64,000 bases of DNA from positions 3,410,001-3,474,000 of the forward strand of contig CM068746.1 of NCBI GenBank assembly GCA_035084275.1. Direction: 5' to 3'. The translations under genes were made by a program, and so were the position numbers. The stretch is from Hydrolagus colliei (lineage: Eukaryota). The notes beneath the pieces were generated by a model. The model made no database searches, was not told the origin of the DNA, and was given only the letters and a program-made list of their open reading frames with translations. Shown in pieces: positions 50,133 to 63,818 of the stretch. Numbering within the stretch: the first letter of the stretch is position 1; every line of letters starts with the position of its first letter.

Positions 50133-52789
50133 CGTAGGAGACCTAGTGATCTACGGAGGACAAGTCATGTTGTCGTTTATGTTCTTGTAGCTTTTCCATC
50201 GCAAATAGAAATTGTGCTAAAGTGACGTATTTTTCTTGACTAAGTTAATTTTCCAAATTTAAGAACAATTGGATTTACGTGGACTCATTATTTGGAAGCA
50301 AAAGCCTTCTAAACTTCTTAATACTGTCTTTTTTTATTTGCCTCTGGCATTGATTAACTAATGATTTATTGTAATAGCCTTCGCAGCCCAACCTTCACAG
50401 CAGGTATTCCAATGCTTTAATCATACTTAACCCCTTAAGGAGCAGTGAGCCCCACATCGGATTTCTATTCACCTTTTTGCTCCCACAACCTTGTGAATGT
50501 AGATCACTCGTTGGTTGCCGTTTATCTTATCTCTGTACAGATTTACAAACTTTTTAGAAAAAATATGTGTACATTGAAAGGTGGGAATGTTAAGCACTTG
50601 GTGTAAGTTAATGTTAATTCACTATTTTCGAAGAAGTTCATTGCAACAGTTCCTTTCTATGATGTTATCATAATTTGTCTCCTTCTTTCATATTCCCCTG
50701 ACCTAATATTCCCCTGACCGAGTGCCATCCCAAATTTATGCTGCAAATGAACTGTTGGGCAACCCAGAATTGTTAGTAATACTGCATCTTGAGACGTCCT
50801 CCCTACGTGAAAGGCGCTTTTTACAAATGCAATTCTGTTGTTGTTAGAATATTCACATCACGATTCTCTTCTCTGTGACAGGGAAAAGCTTCATTCAAGG
50901 CTGTTTTAGGGGTGTTATGTGCAAATCGTCTTGTAATATCTCTACTCTTGACAACAGTTTCTGTGGAGTCCTCAGAGGTGTTCAGGTGTTATAAGCATCA
51001 TCTTGACTGCAAGGACCATCATTTTTCGCTGTTGAGTTGTCACTGAGGAAAAGGAAACTGAGAAATAGAAGTGACTGCTTTTTGCTTCCTTTGAATCCTT
51101 AAGCTTTGTGGGGGAGCAGCAATTATAATCATCGGGTCATGGCAACCACAATATCTCTGAAATTTGGAGAAGGAACACTGGTTAATTAAAAATGACCAGT
51201 TTGTTTTGTGGTTTTAAATGGAAGAAGCCCAAAGGCATTGTGGCTTTATGAAGCAGCTAGTTTACCAGGACTGAGATTGCTTCAAATACCTTTGCTAAGA
51301 GTCTGCCTTGTACATCTTAAGCAGAGAAGCAGCAGATTTCTATTTGAGGTAATCCAGAGGATTTTTGTTCACTGGAGCGAAAAATGACTGCACATATTTA
51401 TGTAATCTTCTTAAAGCCGTTTATTGAGTGTATAGCTTGAAGAAGGGGATTGATATGATAGTTGAGTGTACGACAAAACTCCAATAATGTTTTTAACAGG
51501 CTGTTCTCTTTGCAATGGTTCACCTTATTGGTGCCTGCTGCTGATATATTCCTATTAAAATCCATTTAACAGAATTCAGCCTCCAGTGCAGACCAACCCT
51601 ATCAGTAATTTTGTTCTGCATTCAGTCGGATTTTCTGAAAAATGTGCGGCATTTGGTTGATTAATAAGGTAGCATCAGAAACCATTCTCAAAACCCTATT
51701 TTGCTTACTGCGTATCTCCAGTAAATCATAAAATGTTTTTTTTTGTTCTGTTCTGTTGGGTGATACATTTCTATGTTTCATACAGGGAGAAATGTGAAGT
51801 ATGTAATATAATTATCGCCAGTTCCCAACCTATTCCAATGCCTTGGGACATCCTCCCGATGTGATAGATGTAATTTTGTTATTGTTGTATTCTCTCATTG
51901 TCCTTTTTTTGAAAATAGTGAGCTTGAGGCCCATTATTGCAGTTGCTAAATACAGTACTAAGTATGACTCCTCTCTACTGTTCCAACAATAATAATACTT
52001 ACAATAATAATCGGGTAGTCAAACTGGATAGCAGGATGAATTCTCCTCTTTTCAAGTAGTGCCTTGAGATGTTTGCCTCCCCAATATTCTGAGACCCCAA
52101 TATTCTGAGACCCCAATGCAGCACATCTAGGGGGTGTGTGGGGGTGGTCAGACTGCTTCGGGGTGTCAGCCAGATCAATACATCTAGGCTAACACCCCAG
52201 TGCAGCAACCCCGAGCTGTATTGGAGTGTCAGCCTGGATGTGGGGCTTGAACACACAACCTTCTGACTCTTGAGATGAGTGTGCGATCAAACCTCAAACG
52301 CTGATCAGATTTGCACCACACTGTGTATCCTTGCCAACGCTGTAGTGCTATGGCATAGAATGAAATTGGTGCAGATCTTGATGCTGTTTGGCCATTCATG
52401 CCAAGATCTATGGAACTGAAATTCCATGTGTTTTTGGAAGGCTTTTCACTGTTGGATGGATTTCTAGTTACTTAGAGAGGAATGATTGTTTCAAATACAG
52501 TACTAGTAACCGGGAGGTCAGCCTTGTTATCAGTTAACATGCAAAGTCTCCAGTTGGATTCAAAGGCTTGACTTTGAGTCATTTCAACCTGCTGCAGTGT
52601 TGGGATCAAATGGTGAAAACCAGCTTTTGTGTTTGTTTGGGTTGGTTAAGTAATCCTTGTGTGGATGGAAAATCCTCTGTCCACAGCTTCATGCTTCTGC
52701 TGATCAGGAAAATTAGTAAAGTACTGGTCTGATCGGTACCTGATTAAAAGCTTGGCCTCGGGCACAGTGAGTGTATGTGACAACAGAGA

Positions 52790-53090
52790 CAACAACAACA
52801 ACAACAAATTACATTTATATAGCGCCTTTCACGTCGGGAGGACGTCCCAAGGCGCTAAACAAGAGGCGTGTGACCCGAGCTGGGAGGGGAGTGTTTGGGA
52901 AGGGGTGAAACACGAAGGGGAGGTAAAAGAGTTCGGGGTGGAACAAAAGGCACGATCGAAGAGGAAAGTCTTCAAATTGGCCTTGAAAGAGGAAAGGGAA
53001 GAAACAAAATGGAGGGATTGAGGGATGGCATTCCATAGGGTGGGAGCGGAGAAACTGAAGGCCCGGCCTCCGATGGTGGGGCGGTTTGGA
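52790..53090 (-). mobile_element. L2 3' fragment with (CAA)n tail
   Basis: caacaacaac..atatagcgcctttcacgtcgggaggacgtcccaaggcgct..ggcattccata..ggagaaactgaagg. Confidence 0.85.
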
Positions 53091-53689
53091 CCAGAATTTT
53101 AACAGACAGGTGTCTGAATATCAGTTGTTGTAAGCCATGTACTTTGTTTCGTTGCACCCGAGTGAAAAGTGTGTGTGTGCCTGACTGACACTTTGCTGTT
53201 TGTGCAGCAGAAAACATTCTCGTTTGTCTGCCTGTTCTCACTGTTGCACCTGATACCACGTGTCAGGCAGTCTCCTCCCAGACTTCCAACTAAGCCCATC
53301 TCAAACCGGTTCCTATTTTAATTTTACAATCTCTTCCTCAGTGGCAGGAAAAACTTGGCTTCTGCCTCCCTCCCTCTGCCTGCGTGGGATAGATTGATAC
53401 AAAGGAATGGGTGGCAATACAGCAAGGCAATACATACACTGGCCAGATGGCAACCCTACTTACCTCCACCATACATTGTGTGCAGCGCCTTTACCAAGAT
53501 GGCCACACTCTCTCCATCACTGTGGATGATGGTCTTACCAAGATGGCGCGCGCTGGGCCTGCCCAGGGCTCTCGAGCGGCTGTTTCTTTCTTCTTGCGTC
53601 CGGAATTGACAACCCCATGATGTACGCACTTATAAAAATGTAACATGATAAAAATATGTGTGCTTGATTATAGCACCTACGCAATGTCA

Positions 53690-54010
53690 ACATGTCTCGA
53701 ACCACTTCACAGGTAATTACTGTCAAGTGCAGTGACTGTGCATTTGTGAGAAAGTAGGACAGCCAATTTCCACACAGCCGGACCCATGCACTCGTAAAAT
53801 GAATGACCAATTTATCTGATTATTGGCCAGGACATGGCGAGAAATTTCCTTTTCTTTTTGAATAATGTCATGGGTTCTTTAACATCTACTTGAACAGGCA
53901 GACAGGACCTCAATTAAATGCCTCGCCTGACATATGGTGCCCATGCCAACATAGTCCTCCAACCAGGACTGGACTGTAAGAAACTTTAACTCACAACCTT
54001 TGGACCTGGA
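53690..54010 (-). mobile_element. Old DeuSINE copy
   Basis: Reverse Deu domain (ttggccaggaca..tgtcatgggttctttaacatc..gaacaggcagac). Confidence 0.7.
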
Positions 54011-55555
54011 GCTAAGCTAATACAAAGTACAACAGTTAAGTGCACATTATTCAAAATAATAACCTTGAAATTCCACAGCACCTTATTTGGCTAATAACCC
54101 TTTCTCTTGAAATTTGAGATTGTACAGAATTTTGTACAATTACAGATTGTACTAAAATTTGGAAGCTCGTTTTCTGCAGTTCTCAAAAATAACCAGTTTT
54201 CACATTTAAACTGAATTGAAGATTGTTGCACAATTTGCTGTAATGCCAAATGTTATGGATAAATGATCGTACAGCCTTAAGACTTAAGTGGCATTTAAAA
54301 TAAGTGTTTAGTTTTTTTTTCATCCAGGCTTCATAACGCATACAGCCAAAGACAGGAAATGTGTTTTTTTTTACAGATCAATTGTAATTGCTGGTGAAAT
54401 AATGGAGTATTACAGCTGCGGCTAATGAGTTATCCAGAGGATAATAGAACCATTACCTTTAAGTCTATTTTAAGCTTTTTCCTAATTTTTCTATCACTTT
54501 TTTACACATAAATTGACGTGAAAGATTTGATCACAGATTTAAATCACACAAAATCTTGCAACTTTCGGTGATCGCCAATGGATGATTTATGAACATATAT
54601 GAAAATGCAATACAATGTTCAAGTTGAAGGGAACTGAGAGAAAAGGCTGCACAATCAGGGCAGAAAGGTTCAGGAGTAAAATATTTTTGACAGATTTCTG
54701 ATGAAGTTAAACCCAGTCGCGGTCCCACATTGTGCCGTAGTCAGCTGTTTTATGTTTTGATTCCAGTTTGAAACAACTGCACAGAGTCTGATTGACCAAT
54801 CCTTTATCCGTTTAAATCTGCCTTGTGGGTACGGATTTTCCAACACAAATTGGATGCATGGAGGTGGAAGAACTATTTGGGCAATATTTAGGTTGGTGAA
54901 TTCAACAGGATAATGTGTACCCTGATATCCCATGTGTAGGTCACAAGATCACAAGAAGGGTTTGGGTGAAGAAGGTTCTTTCAGCCCATTTGTTCATCTT
55001 CCCTTTAAAATATCAAGCTGAGTTGTATATGAGTCCATCACTTTTCCTGGAACCCAACCCAACTCTACTCTTCAGAGTTTGAAGTGTTTGAGGTCCGTGT
55101 AATGTATTAAAATTTCAACCATTGTTGTCCCAGATCTTCAAACCTGCCTAATATGCACAATTGTGATCCGATGTTCATTGCTAATGGTAATTTTTGTGGG
55201 TCTGGATCACCTAATGACCTTTATCTTGGGACAGCTTGGTTTAATGTCGATGAAAGATCAGTGAGCCCTCGCTTTGTAGTGATTTGTGTTGGAGGTGGTG
55301 GTAGAAAGGAAAGGTGTAGTAAAGGAGATGATTTGTACATTGAAGCTAATCTACGTACACATATCTTCCAGGGGGAGTCTTTGGATAACAATCAGGAATA
55401 GAATCCTCGAGACGTTTATCAACCCAGAGGTACCAAAGCTCTGGTTGAGATGAACCGATTCAGCACAGAGTGGGCTTGTTGATGGAGTGCCCGAAACCTT
55501 TAATTAAACAAAGCATTTATTTTTTGGTGATGTATAACATGCATAGTAATTTCAG

Positions 55556-57250
55556 TAGGGAACGGCGATGTATCGGTTTTTCGATTAAACCCGATATGAT
55601 TTTCAGATCGGTGTGCCGATATGGTGATTCTAAAAAAAACGTTATATCGAGAGATTCGATTTAAAAAATATACATTGTTATATTTTTAATATCGTTCCTG
55701 GCAATATATCAATATTGTTGGTATTATCAGTGTAATGCGATCTTTTCCAGCTTACCTTGTCGCCGGCATTGCAACCTCCTAGACCTAAAGCATGGAATGC
55801 GCGTACATTCAGTGCGCGAGCACAATTAACGGGCGCGCACATCCGATGCGCACGCACACTTTACTGTGTATACTCGACGTGAGTCGTGGCGTCTTAACAA
55901 AGTCGCATCGCTGAAAACTGTAGTTTGAAAATTTACCTTTCTCATCATGGGGAAAAGAAGCCCCGTAAGGGACTAGTAATGGTGTGTATAGATGTACAGT
56001 TTGCAAGGTCTTGGTTAAGACATCTGATTCGAGCACGAGCAACCTGCGACATCACATTAAGCAGCACCACCCCGCCCAGCACGCTGCCCTCAGAGCGAAA
56101 TCATTGTCGACAACAGTAGGAAGTCGAACCAGCGCTTCGGAGAAAGCGACAGGTAGTGGGGCCAGTGCAGCTCAAACAATTCCTGCTTTATTTAAGAGGA
56201 GAACATTGTACCAGAGAGGGGACAAAAAGTGGCAAAGTATCACGAACGCTGTCACTTTTTGCATAGCAAAGGAGAGCTTGCCAATGGCGAAGGACATTAA
56301 TTCAGACTTCAGACTACATAAAAATAAGTGTCTAGTCAGACACACACATAGAAGCAGTGATAATCTGGCTTCTAACTCTAACAGTCAGACTGTCTGTTTC
56401 TCTCTTTTCTATTGTAATAGATCTCATTTACACGTGGACATTACATGCTAGTTTCAAGCAAGAAATGGAGGAGAATAAATCTCTAGATTTTGTTTTTGGT
56501 GTGTGTGTGTGTTCTATTTTGTGTTTAGAGGTGGAGGGAGAGAAGGAGAGGGGGAAAGTTGGGAGAGAAGGAGAGAGGAAGAGAGGAGAGGGAGGGAGAG
56601 AATGTGAGGGTGAAAGGAGGGAGAGAAGGAGCGAGGGGAAAGAGGGAGAGAAGGAGAGAGGAAGAGAGGAGAGGGAGGGAGGGAGAGAAGGAGAGGGTGA
56701 AAGGAGGGAGAGAAGGAGCGAGGGGAAAGGNNNNNNNNNNNNNNNNNNNNNNNNNNNNNNNNNNNNNNNNNNNNNNNNNNNNNNNNNNNNNNNNNNNNNN
56801 NNNNNNNNNNNNNNNNNNNNNNNNNNNNNNNNNNNNNNNNNNNNNNNNNNNNNNNNNNNNNNNNNNNNNNNNNNNNNNNNNNNNNNNNNNNNNNNNNNNN
56901 NNNNAGAAGGAGAGAGGAGAGGAGGGAGAGAAGGAGAGGGGGAGGTAGAGAGCAAACAACATCGTATAATTCAACAGACCTTGACACCAACATCACAAAC
57001 TTTCTGGACCTAGAGCACGCATTTCGAAATGTGCGTGCACCGCGACTGCGCGCGCATCGTCAGTGCGGACGCACCGTCAATGGGCGCGCACCGCGACTGA
57101 GCGCGCACCATAAATGCGCGCGCGCCATCAATGCACGCGCACTTTGAATGCACGCGCATGCGCAGTATAAAAACTCGATAGATCGGTTTAAGCAGGTATG
57201 AGCAAACCGATATATCCATTTCCGGAAAAATCCCATATCGCCGTTCCCTA
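55556..57250 (+). mobile_element. hAT (Ac/ZBED1-like) transposon, internally deleted, with BED-finger remnant
   Basis: Perfect 8-bp TSD aatttcag; TIR tagggaacggcgat / atcgccgttcccta; MGKRSPV(R)D* then CTVCKVLVKTSDSSTSNLRHHIKQHH (C2H2 BED finger) and KWQSITNAVTFCIAKESLP. Contains the gap at 56731-56904. Confidence 0.93.
56731..56904. other. Assembly gap
   Basis: Run of N. Confidence 1.
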
Positions 57251-58567
57251 AATTTCAGTGGTAGCTTTTGTGTCCGTGGACAACCACATACTGTATTAAG
57301 ATTACTTGGGGGGAGGTGGGAGGGAGTGCTGTTTAGTACTTTTTGTTAAAACAAAATATCAGGAACCTGGGGACTGAATGAAGCACTAATGCACTGTTTT
57401 AAGTGGAGCTAAGCTAATGGATCAGCTCTGAACACTCAGTGTAACCTTCTGCTTGCATGTCCACCTGTCAGTCTTCCAACTCGTAACTTAACATTTTTTG
57501 AAGTAACGATACCGAAGGAAGCAGATTAACATAATCCACTGTCAGAAGACAAATGAACTGATGCCCTCTGACCATTCTCTTCCAGCTTGGTTTGCTATGT
57601 CTCATGTGAAAGCGAACACAATGCAAAAGTTCTGTCTGTTCAGGAGAGAATTTTTGGGGTGTTTGGTTTCAATTCAATCTCCTGGACTATGGGGGGTGAA
57701 AGTGGGTGGGGGGGTGGGGGAGGGGGGAATGTCCTCTTTATTTTCTTAGAATCTTAGTGTGTCAATTTTTTGGCAAATATATAAATGCTATCCTATATTT
57801 TCAATTTTCTTTACAAGTTCTTCACAAACAATTTGCAAAACAAAATTCTAAATGTTTTCAATAAACATCCAAGTGGAATGACCACATCCCTGTCTTTCCA
57901 CTTGTCGTGAGAGTTTTTGATATGTACCTTTCACATATGTGCTCTATCATTGATTTCATAACAAACATGGATCCTGATTGATTAACGAATCACAATGTCA
58001 CCAGAAATCTGCTTGACATCATGCCCTGACTGTAAAGGGGTGTAATCTGCACTGAATTGGTTGAAGGGTTTTAGCTACACAAGTTATGCTTTGTGTATCA
58101 AATGATGCCAATCTCTGAAAGTCTGTGAAAGTACAGTACTCGGTTATTAATGTTATTGCTTTTCTTTGATTTTCCCCTCCTCCACCTCTCTAAATCAGTA
58201 AACCTGCTTACTCATACCAGCTATCCAAATGTCTGTTGGAAAATTCTCCATCGAGATTAACAACGGTATGAAGATTAGTAAAATGGGATACTTTGAAATG
58301 CACGTAATGCATGAAAAAAATTAAAGATACGGAAACTTAAGTTGGACACTAGGTAGAAATAATAGTTTTGTTCAGCAATAAATATTTTCTCTCAGACTTG
58401 TGCAGCTCTGTATTTCTATGGCAATGCAGGAATTTAGTTTGTTTGAACTAATGGGATAAAATTTGTGGTATTCATTAATTGTCTCTAAACATAACGCTGT
58501 GTCAATTTAAAATGTAAGGAAAACTGAAGATTTTACCACCGATATCTTTGTGCTTCCTTTTTGACCA

Positions 58568-58968
58568 TGCTTCGAGACATCTCAAAGCTCTTCACAGGAT
58601 CTATTGTAAACCGGATTGACTGTGTTTTTTTTTAGGTGAAACACGGCAGCCAGTTTGCTCGTAGCAAAGTCCCACAAACAATCGTGGAATGAGTGACCAA
58701 TTTTATTTAGGGGGAATTGTTGGCTGGGGACAAACTCTCCTCTCTTTTCAAATAGCTCTTTAGGATCTTTGAACGTTCACCTGAACAGGCAAATGGGACC
58801 TCGGTTAATGTCTCATCTGAAAGACATCTCCTCTCATATCTCTCAAAGACATGTCTCACCTCCGATAAAGCAACCCCCCATTGTGCATTGTGATTCCAAG
58901 TCCTGAGGTGGGCTTCGAGCCCACAATCTTCTGACTCAGAGGTGAGAGTGTTACCACTGAGCCAGGCT
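58568..58968 (-). mobile_element. Near full-length old DeuSINE (SacSINE1-like)
   Basis: Reverse: agcctggctcagtggtaacactctcacctctgagtcagaagattgtgggctcgaagcccac head, Deu domain, L2-like tail. Confidence 0.85.
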
Positions 58969-60527
58969 TACATCAATGCTTGTGTGTGAACCGGGGCGGA
59001 TGTGCACTTTTCTTTGTGAAATTGCTCCCACATTCACCGAATTTGGGATATTTGAAGAACCACTTTTGTTTGAAGTATTTCTGCAACATAAGGAAGTCAG
59101 AAGTCGAGCCAACATGATATGAAACTGATTGTGTTTATTTGATACTTTTATTTGAAGTGAGTCATCCAATAAAAGTTCAATAAAAGCGGAATTAAATTTT
59201 CTGCTGTATTATTACAGTGATGGTACGGTGATGAGAAAATATGTTTGTAAAGAATAATTAATTACAAGACAGGGACTCGGTTACAGCAGAAAATTCTTCA
59301 TTTAAAAGGGAAAGAGCATTTACTTTAATTAGTGTCAAACTCGACTAATTTAGGATTAAGGCGACCCTCTGAAGAGCAGCCGTCAGTGGTAAGTGCGGCC
59401 AGCGTATCGCATTTTGAAGAACTTGCAGCCTGTGGGGTTGTTGTAGGTTTCACAGAGTACTTTGTGCGCGGTGAGAGTGTGGGGCTATTATGCTTGTTTG
59501 TTAAAAAGGGATAATGAGCAGCACAGTTGGGACTGAAGGAAAGGACTACAGATCAAACAAAGACGTGCACATTTTGGGGAGAAATCTGATAAACGTACCT
59601 GAAGGTGAAATTTAATATTTAAATGTATATGAGGCAGCCCGAAGGGTCAAATTATAAAGATAAATTCAAGGGCTTGTTTTTTTTATTATCACGGGCAATG
59701 GATGGTCCTGGACAAACAGACTGTCTTATATTTCTTTGAGGTATTCTGTATCTAGGATACACCCATTGTCTTGAGCGACTCTATAGAAAATAAACCTGAC
59801 TATCTCTTAACTTGGTATGTTAATATGTTCTTCCTCTGGCCTGTTCACATCATCCCTGACTGTTTATAGACAGAGACACTGACATCACCCTGTCTCTGAT
59901 CATCCAGTTCAAAAGTCATTTCCCTTTCCCTTCAGGTCATATTTTCAATGGGCTTTCTTCGTTAGGTAAGCACAGATCTTGCTTTCCAGAAGATAAGATC
60001 TTAAGCTCCTTAGTAAGGTATTTGAAGAACATGTGAGCTGGCTGACAGTGCTGCATGCAGAAGGCTGGGATTTTAAAGTCTTTTATCTATTGATATGGGA
60101 ACCTAAGAAGACATTGAGAATGAGGTTGGGCCTGCAACAAGTTCTCAGTGATATAAAATTATATTTTGATGGTTTTGGGGGCAAAGTATTTAAGCCATTG
60201 CCTCAGTCTTAAATTGGACCTGATAAAAGATCCACTGTTGTGAGTTTAATGTTCCTATTACGTTTACAGAAAATATCAGTTGTAATTATTTAATATAGCA
60301 CTCATAACATGGAATTGCTTCAAAGTGCTTCACAGGGAATTTCTGTGAAATGTAGTGAATGTGTATTTTGTAAGCAAACATGGCTCAACGTACAGAAAGA
60401 ATCACCCACAAACAGTCATAAAGTGTGAATTAATTTTATCTGGACAATTGGCATCAGTCCAATTGAGTTCCAAGCACTACAACTTTCTAATTCAGAGGCA
60501 AAAATGTGAGCATAAAACAATACCTGT

Positions 60528-60893
60528 GGAGTCCTGTAACTTAGTGGTTAGAGCACTTGCCTCGCAAGCAAGAGGACTGGGGTTAGATTCCCGACAGGGC
60601 GAAATGTTGGACAAGTTTCCTTACTCCATAAGCCTCTGTTTACCCAGTACAGTAAAAGTCAATTTTTTCTGGCACCCGATCAACCATAACTTCCATATAA
60701 CCGGCATTGCAAAAAAAAAGGTCCACATTTGATTAACCGGAATATATCCGGAAAAATGCAGTGAAATTTATTATTTTATTTTTTATTTTTGAGTTTTTGG
60801 CCAAATATCTGGCAGGCGCTTTAACTGGTATTGGCCAGGTCGAGGGTGCCGGATAAACAGATAAACTTACTGTAGTAACTAGGAACCTGCGGT
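60528..60893 (+). mobile_element. Long-form SINE 5' half interrupted by a Tigger-like MITE (60650-60872)
   Basis: Head, then gacaagtttccttactccataagcctctgtttacccagTA|cagtaaaagtc..cttactg|TAgtaactaggaacctg. Confidence 0.85.
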
Positions 60894-60964
60894 TGTTATT
60901 CATTTGACGGATCGCTTTTTCAGGGTTAATAGTTGCTTCAAAAAAATGTTGCTGCCGCTTTTGG

Positions 60965-61265
60965 AATAATAATAATCCTTGCCTTTGATATAGCGCTTTT
61001 CATGTCTTCTGGATGTCTCAAAGTACTTCACAGAATATACTGTATTGACTATATATTTATGGGCGAAATGCGGAAACCAATTGCGCACTGCAGTACCCCA
61101 CAAACAGTCGTGGATTGGAATGCGCAATTTATTATTGTTTTTTTGAGGGATCATTATCAGGTGTGTGGAGTAAGGAAATTTACCCACGGTTTCACCCCTT
61201 CTAGATTCAAACACAGATCTCACGTTTGTAAGCCGAGTGCTCTAACCACTAAGCTACATGACTCC
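60965..61265 (-). mobile_element. Young SINE, full length (forward tail fragment follows at 61272-61362)
   Basis: Reverse complement of the consensus. Confidence 0.9.
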
Positions 61266-61924
61266 ACACTTTCAATTCACTTTAGAGTAGATTCTGTGAA
61301 GCGCTTTGAGATGTCTCGGGAAGACGTGATAAGGCACTATATCGAACGCAAGGATTATTATACTCACTGACTCACCCACATGAAAGGACTCCACGATATT
61401 AAATATTAAAAATTTAATTAGCAGCCTTTACCTATGGTTACCAATTACAGTACAAACTGACAGAAACTTGTTTGAGATTTTTCCTTTGTGCCTTACAGGC
61501 TAGCAGATTTCACCGCCACCCCTCGACCTTTTATGAGTTACAACATGTACATAGCTGAGCAAATTTTTATGAGTCACAAAGTACACTTCTGTCTTTCTTG
61601 GTGCCTAAAAGGGTATGTAACAAAATAAACAACTGTCTGATAGCGCACTCACTCAAAGGGGGTGTTGCAGTTCAGTTAAACATCTTATGAGATGTGTATA
61701 CAACACGCGCCATAATGCTTCATGCGGCGGTTGCTTTGTGGTCTAGTGCATGGATTTTCAGGCTGGTTAAGTGTGTGGAATGCAAGTATTGCAAACCGAA
61801 CTGACTTGCCTCAGCACAAAAACTCGAAGTTTCACAGCAAGACTGTTCCATTTGAATATCCCCTATCTTTTGTGGATGAAGATATCTTTAAGGTGTGCGA
61901 CAATGGCTGTTGTGAAGATTGTGA

Positions 61925-62248
61925 AGTCCTTGTAGCTCAGTGGTTAGAACGCTCGCTTTACAAGTGTGAGACCTGTGTTTGAATCCAGGCAGGTCAGGGC
62001 GAAACCTTGGGCAAGTTTCCTTATTCCACACACCTAATAATTATCCCTCCAAAAAGAACACAATAATAAAATTGGTCATTTCAATCCACGACTATTTGTG
62101 GGGACACTGCTGTGTGCAATTGGCTGCCATGTTTCGCCCACAAATATACAGTCAATTCACTTTACAGTATATTCTGTGAAGCGCTTTAAGACGTTTAGAA
62201 GACATGAAAAGCACTACATCAAATCCAAGGATTATTATCATTATTATT
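61925..62248 (+). mobile_element. Young SINE, full length
   Basis: Consensus from head to tail. Confidence 0.92.
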
Positions 62249-63662
62249 CTTTCTTCTGTGCACACAGACAGTTGTGGTTTAAATTAACAGTAAAACAACT
62301 GCTTTCATTTAGTGACTCGTCATAACAGGTTTCAGTTTGATAATGTCCTGCTGTGGCAATAGTTTCTATTGTTTAACATTGGGCATTTTCTCACAGAGAA
62401 AGCATAGTTTCGAAATAATAACTTTGTTGGGGGGTTTTTCACTTACTAATGGACTTAACCTGACATCTCGACCAAATGTGTTGCAAGAGATTGATTTTGG
62501 AGAAGATGACATCCTGAGATGAGAAGTGTGAGAGTTAATTATTAACACAGGCTTGCATTCCGTAGTAGTTAATAAGTCCCGAGTCCAACGGAGCTGGGTA
62601 GCAGTGATGTGACCAGTGATTGACAAAAACTGCTATCATTGGTTTGGCAGGTCCTGAAAAGCCACTTTTATGGCACCTTTTTGTGCAGACGCTTTATTTA
62701 TGTTGCTTTTCTTACCGAGATGATCGCCCTTCTGTAGTGGAATGCGAAGCCGTTGCTGTAAATAGAATCTGCTTTGTGTGAGCGTCTTGTGACATTTAAG
62801 TGTTTGACCAAGCGCGTGCCTTGAATCCGGGAAGTGGATCTGCAGGTTTCGGACTTATTTGACTACTCGCTACCCTCGCCTTTTGAGTAGATGAGTGAAG
62901 CGTCAACAGGTTCTGTAGGTGTGACATTTCTGCCCGCACTATAAACCTTCTCCTGCCTGTTAGTGCCCCTCGGAGACCAATGTAAAGCACACCATCATGT
63001 TTGCCTGCTGGTGTTTTACTCCGTGTTAACAGTCGGCTGTGTTCAGCAGCAGACTCGATTGGGCACATTGTCCAAAGTTCTTTTCAGCGTGAACCATTCC
63101 CTTTTATTTTTACGCTGTCGACGGATGACAGACTGAACCCGATAGTTGGGGTCTTATTTGTTGATCGCAGAGCAGAGCAAGTTAACACACAACAATCTTG
63201 TGAATGAGGAATGTCAGCCTATCTCTTTTCGTTGTCTTTCATTGTTGACAGAGAGAGCAACAATAATGTCAGTGCTTTATTGGTGAGTGGGTCGCAAGAT
63301 GAGCAGATAAGCAAATTCATTAATTGTTCACCTTTAGAAAAGGATGAGATCATGATGGATTTCCAACACAGCCTTACAAACAGTGGCCTGAACTTTGGCT
63401 GTAGCTGTGTAAGATGGGTTGAGCACTCGTCCAACCCTTACAGGCCAGTGAGGGGAGACTTCCTGAGACAAGGAACTCTGATTGATTCTTCCTTCACCTC
63501 CCAAATAAGCGGCACCGAGGATTGTTGTAGGGGCCCTACACCTACTCTGCTTAGAATCAACTAATGTCGCTTTTAGATTTGGAGTCTAGAAATCCAGTAC
63601 CAATACTGAAGACACTGTCCCACCTGTTGATGATTTTTACATTATACGTACATTACATTGAT

Positions 63663-63818
63663 TCCTGCAGCTTGGAGTACTCGCCTCACAAGCTGGAGAC
63701 CTGGGTTCGATTCCAGGTGGGTCGAAACCTTGGGCAAGTTTACTTACTCCACACGCCTGATGATAATCCCTCAAGAAAAAAAATAAAAATGGATTATTTC
63801 AATCTACGATTGTTTGTT
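63663..63818 (+). mobile_element. Young SINE 5' half
   Basis: Head, ccttgggcaagtt segment and A-rich linker. Confidence 0.8.

Noticed and set aside
55984-56451. Domesticated ZBED gene
   Set aside because: The start region is broken by a stop, no catalytic or dimerisation domain is visible, and it sits inside a TIR/TSD-bounded deleted transposon.
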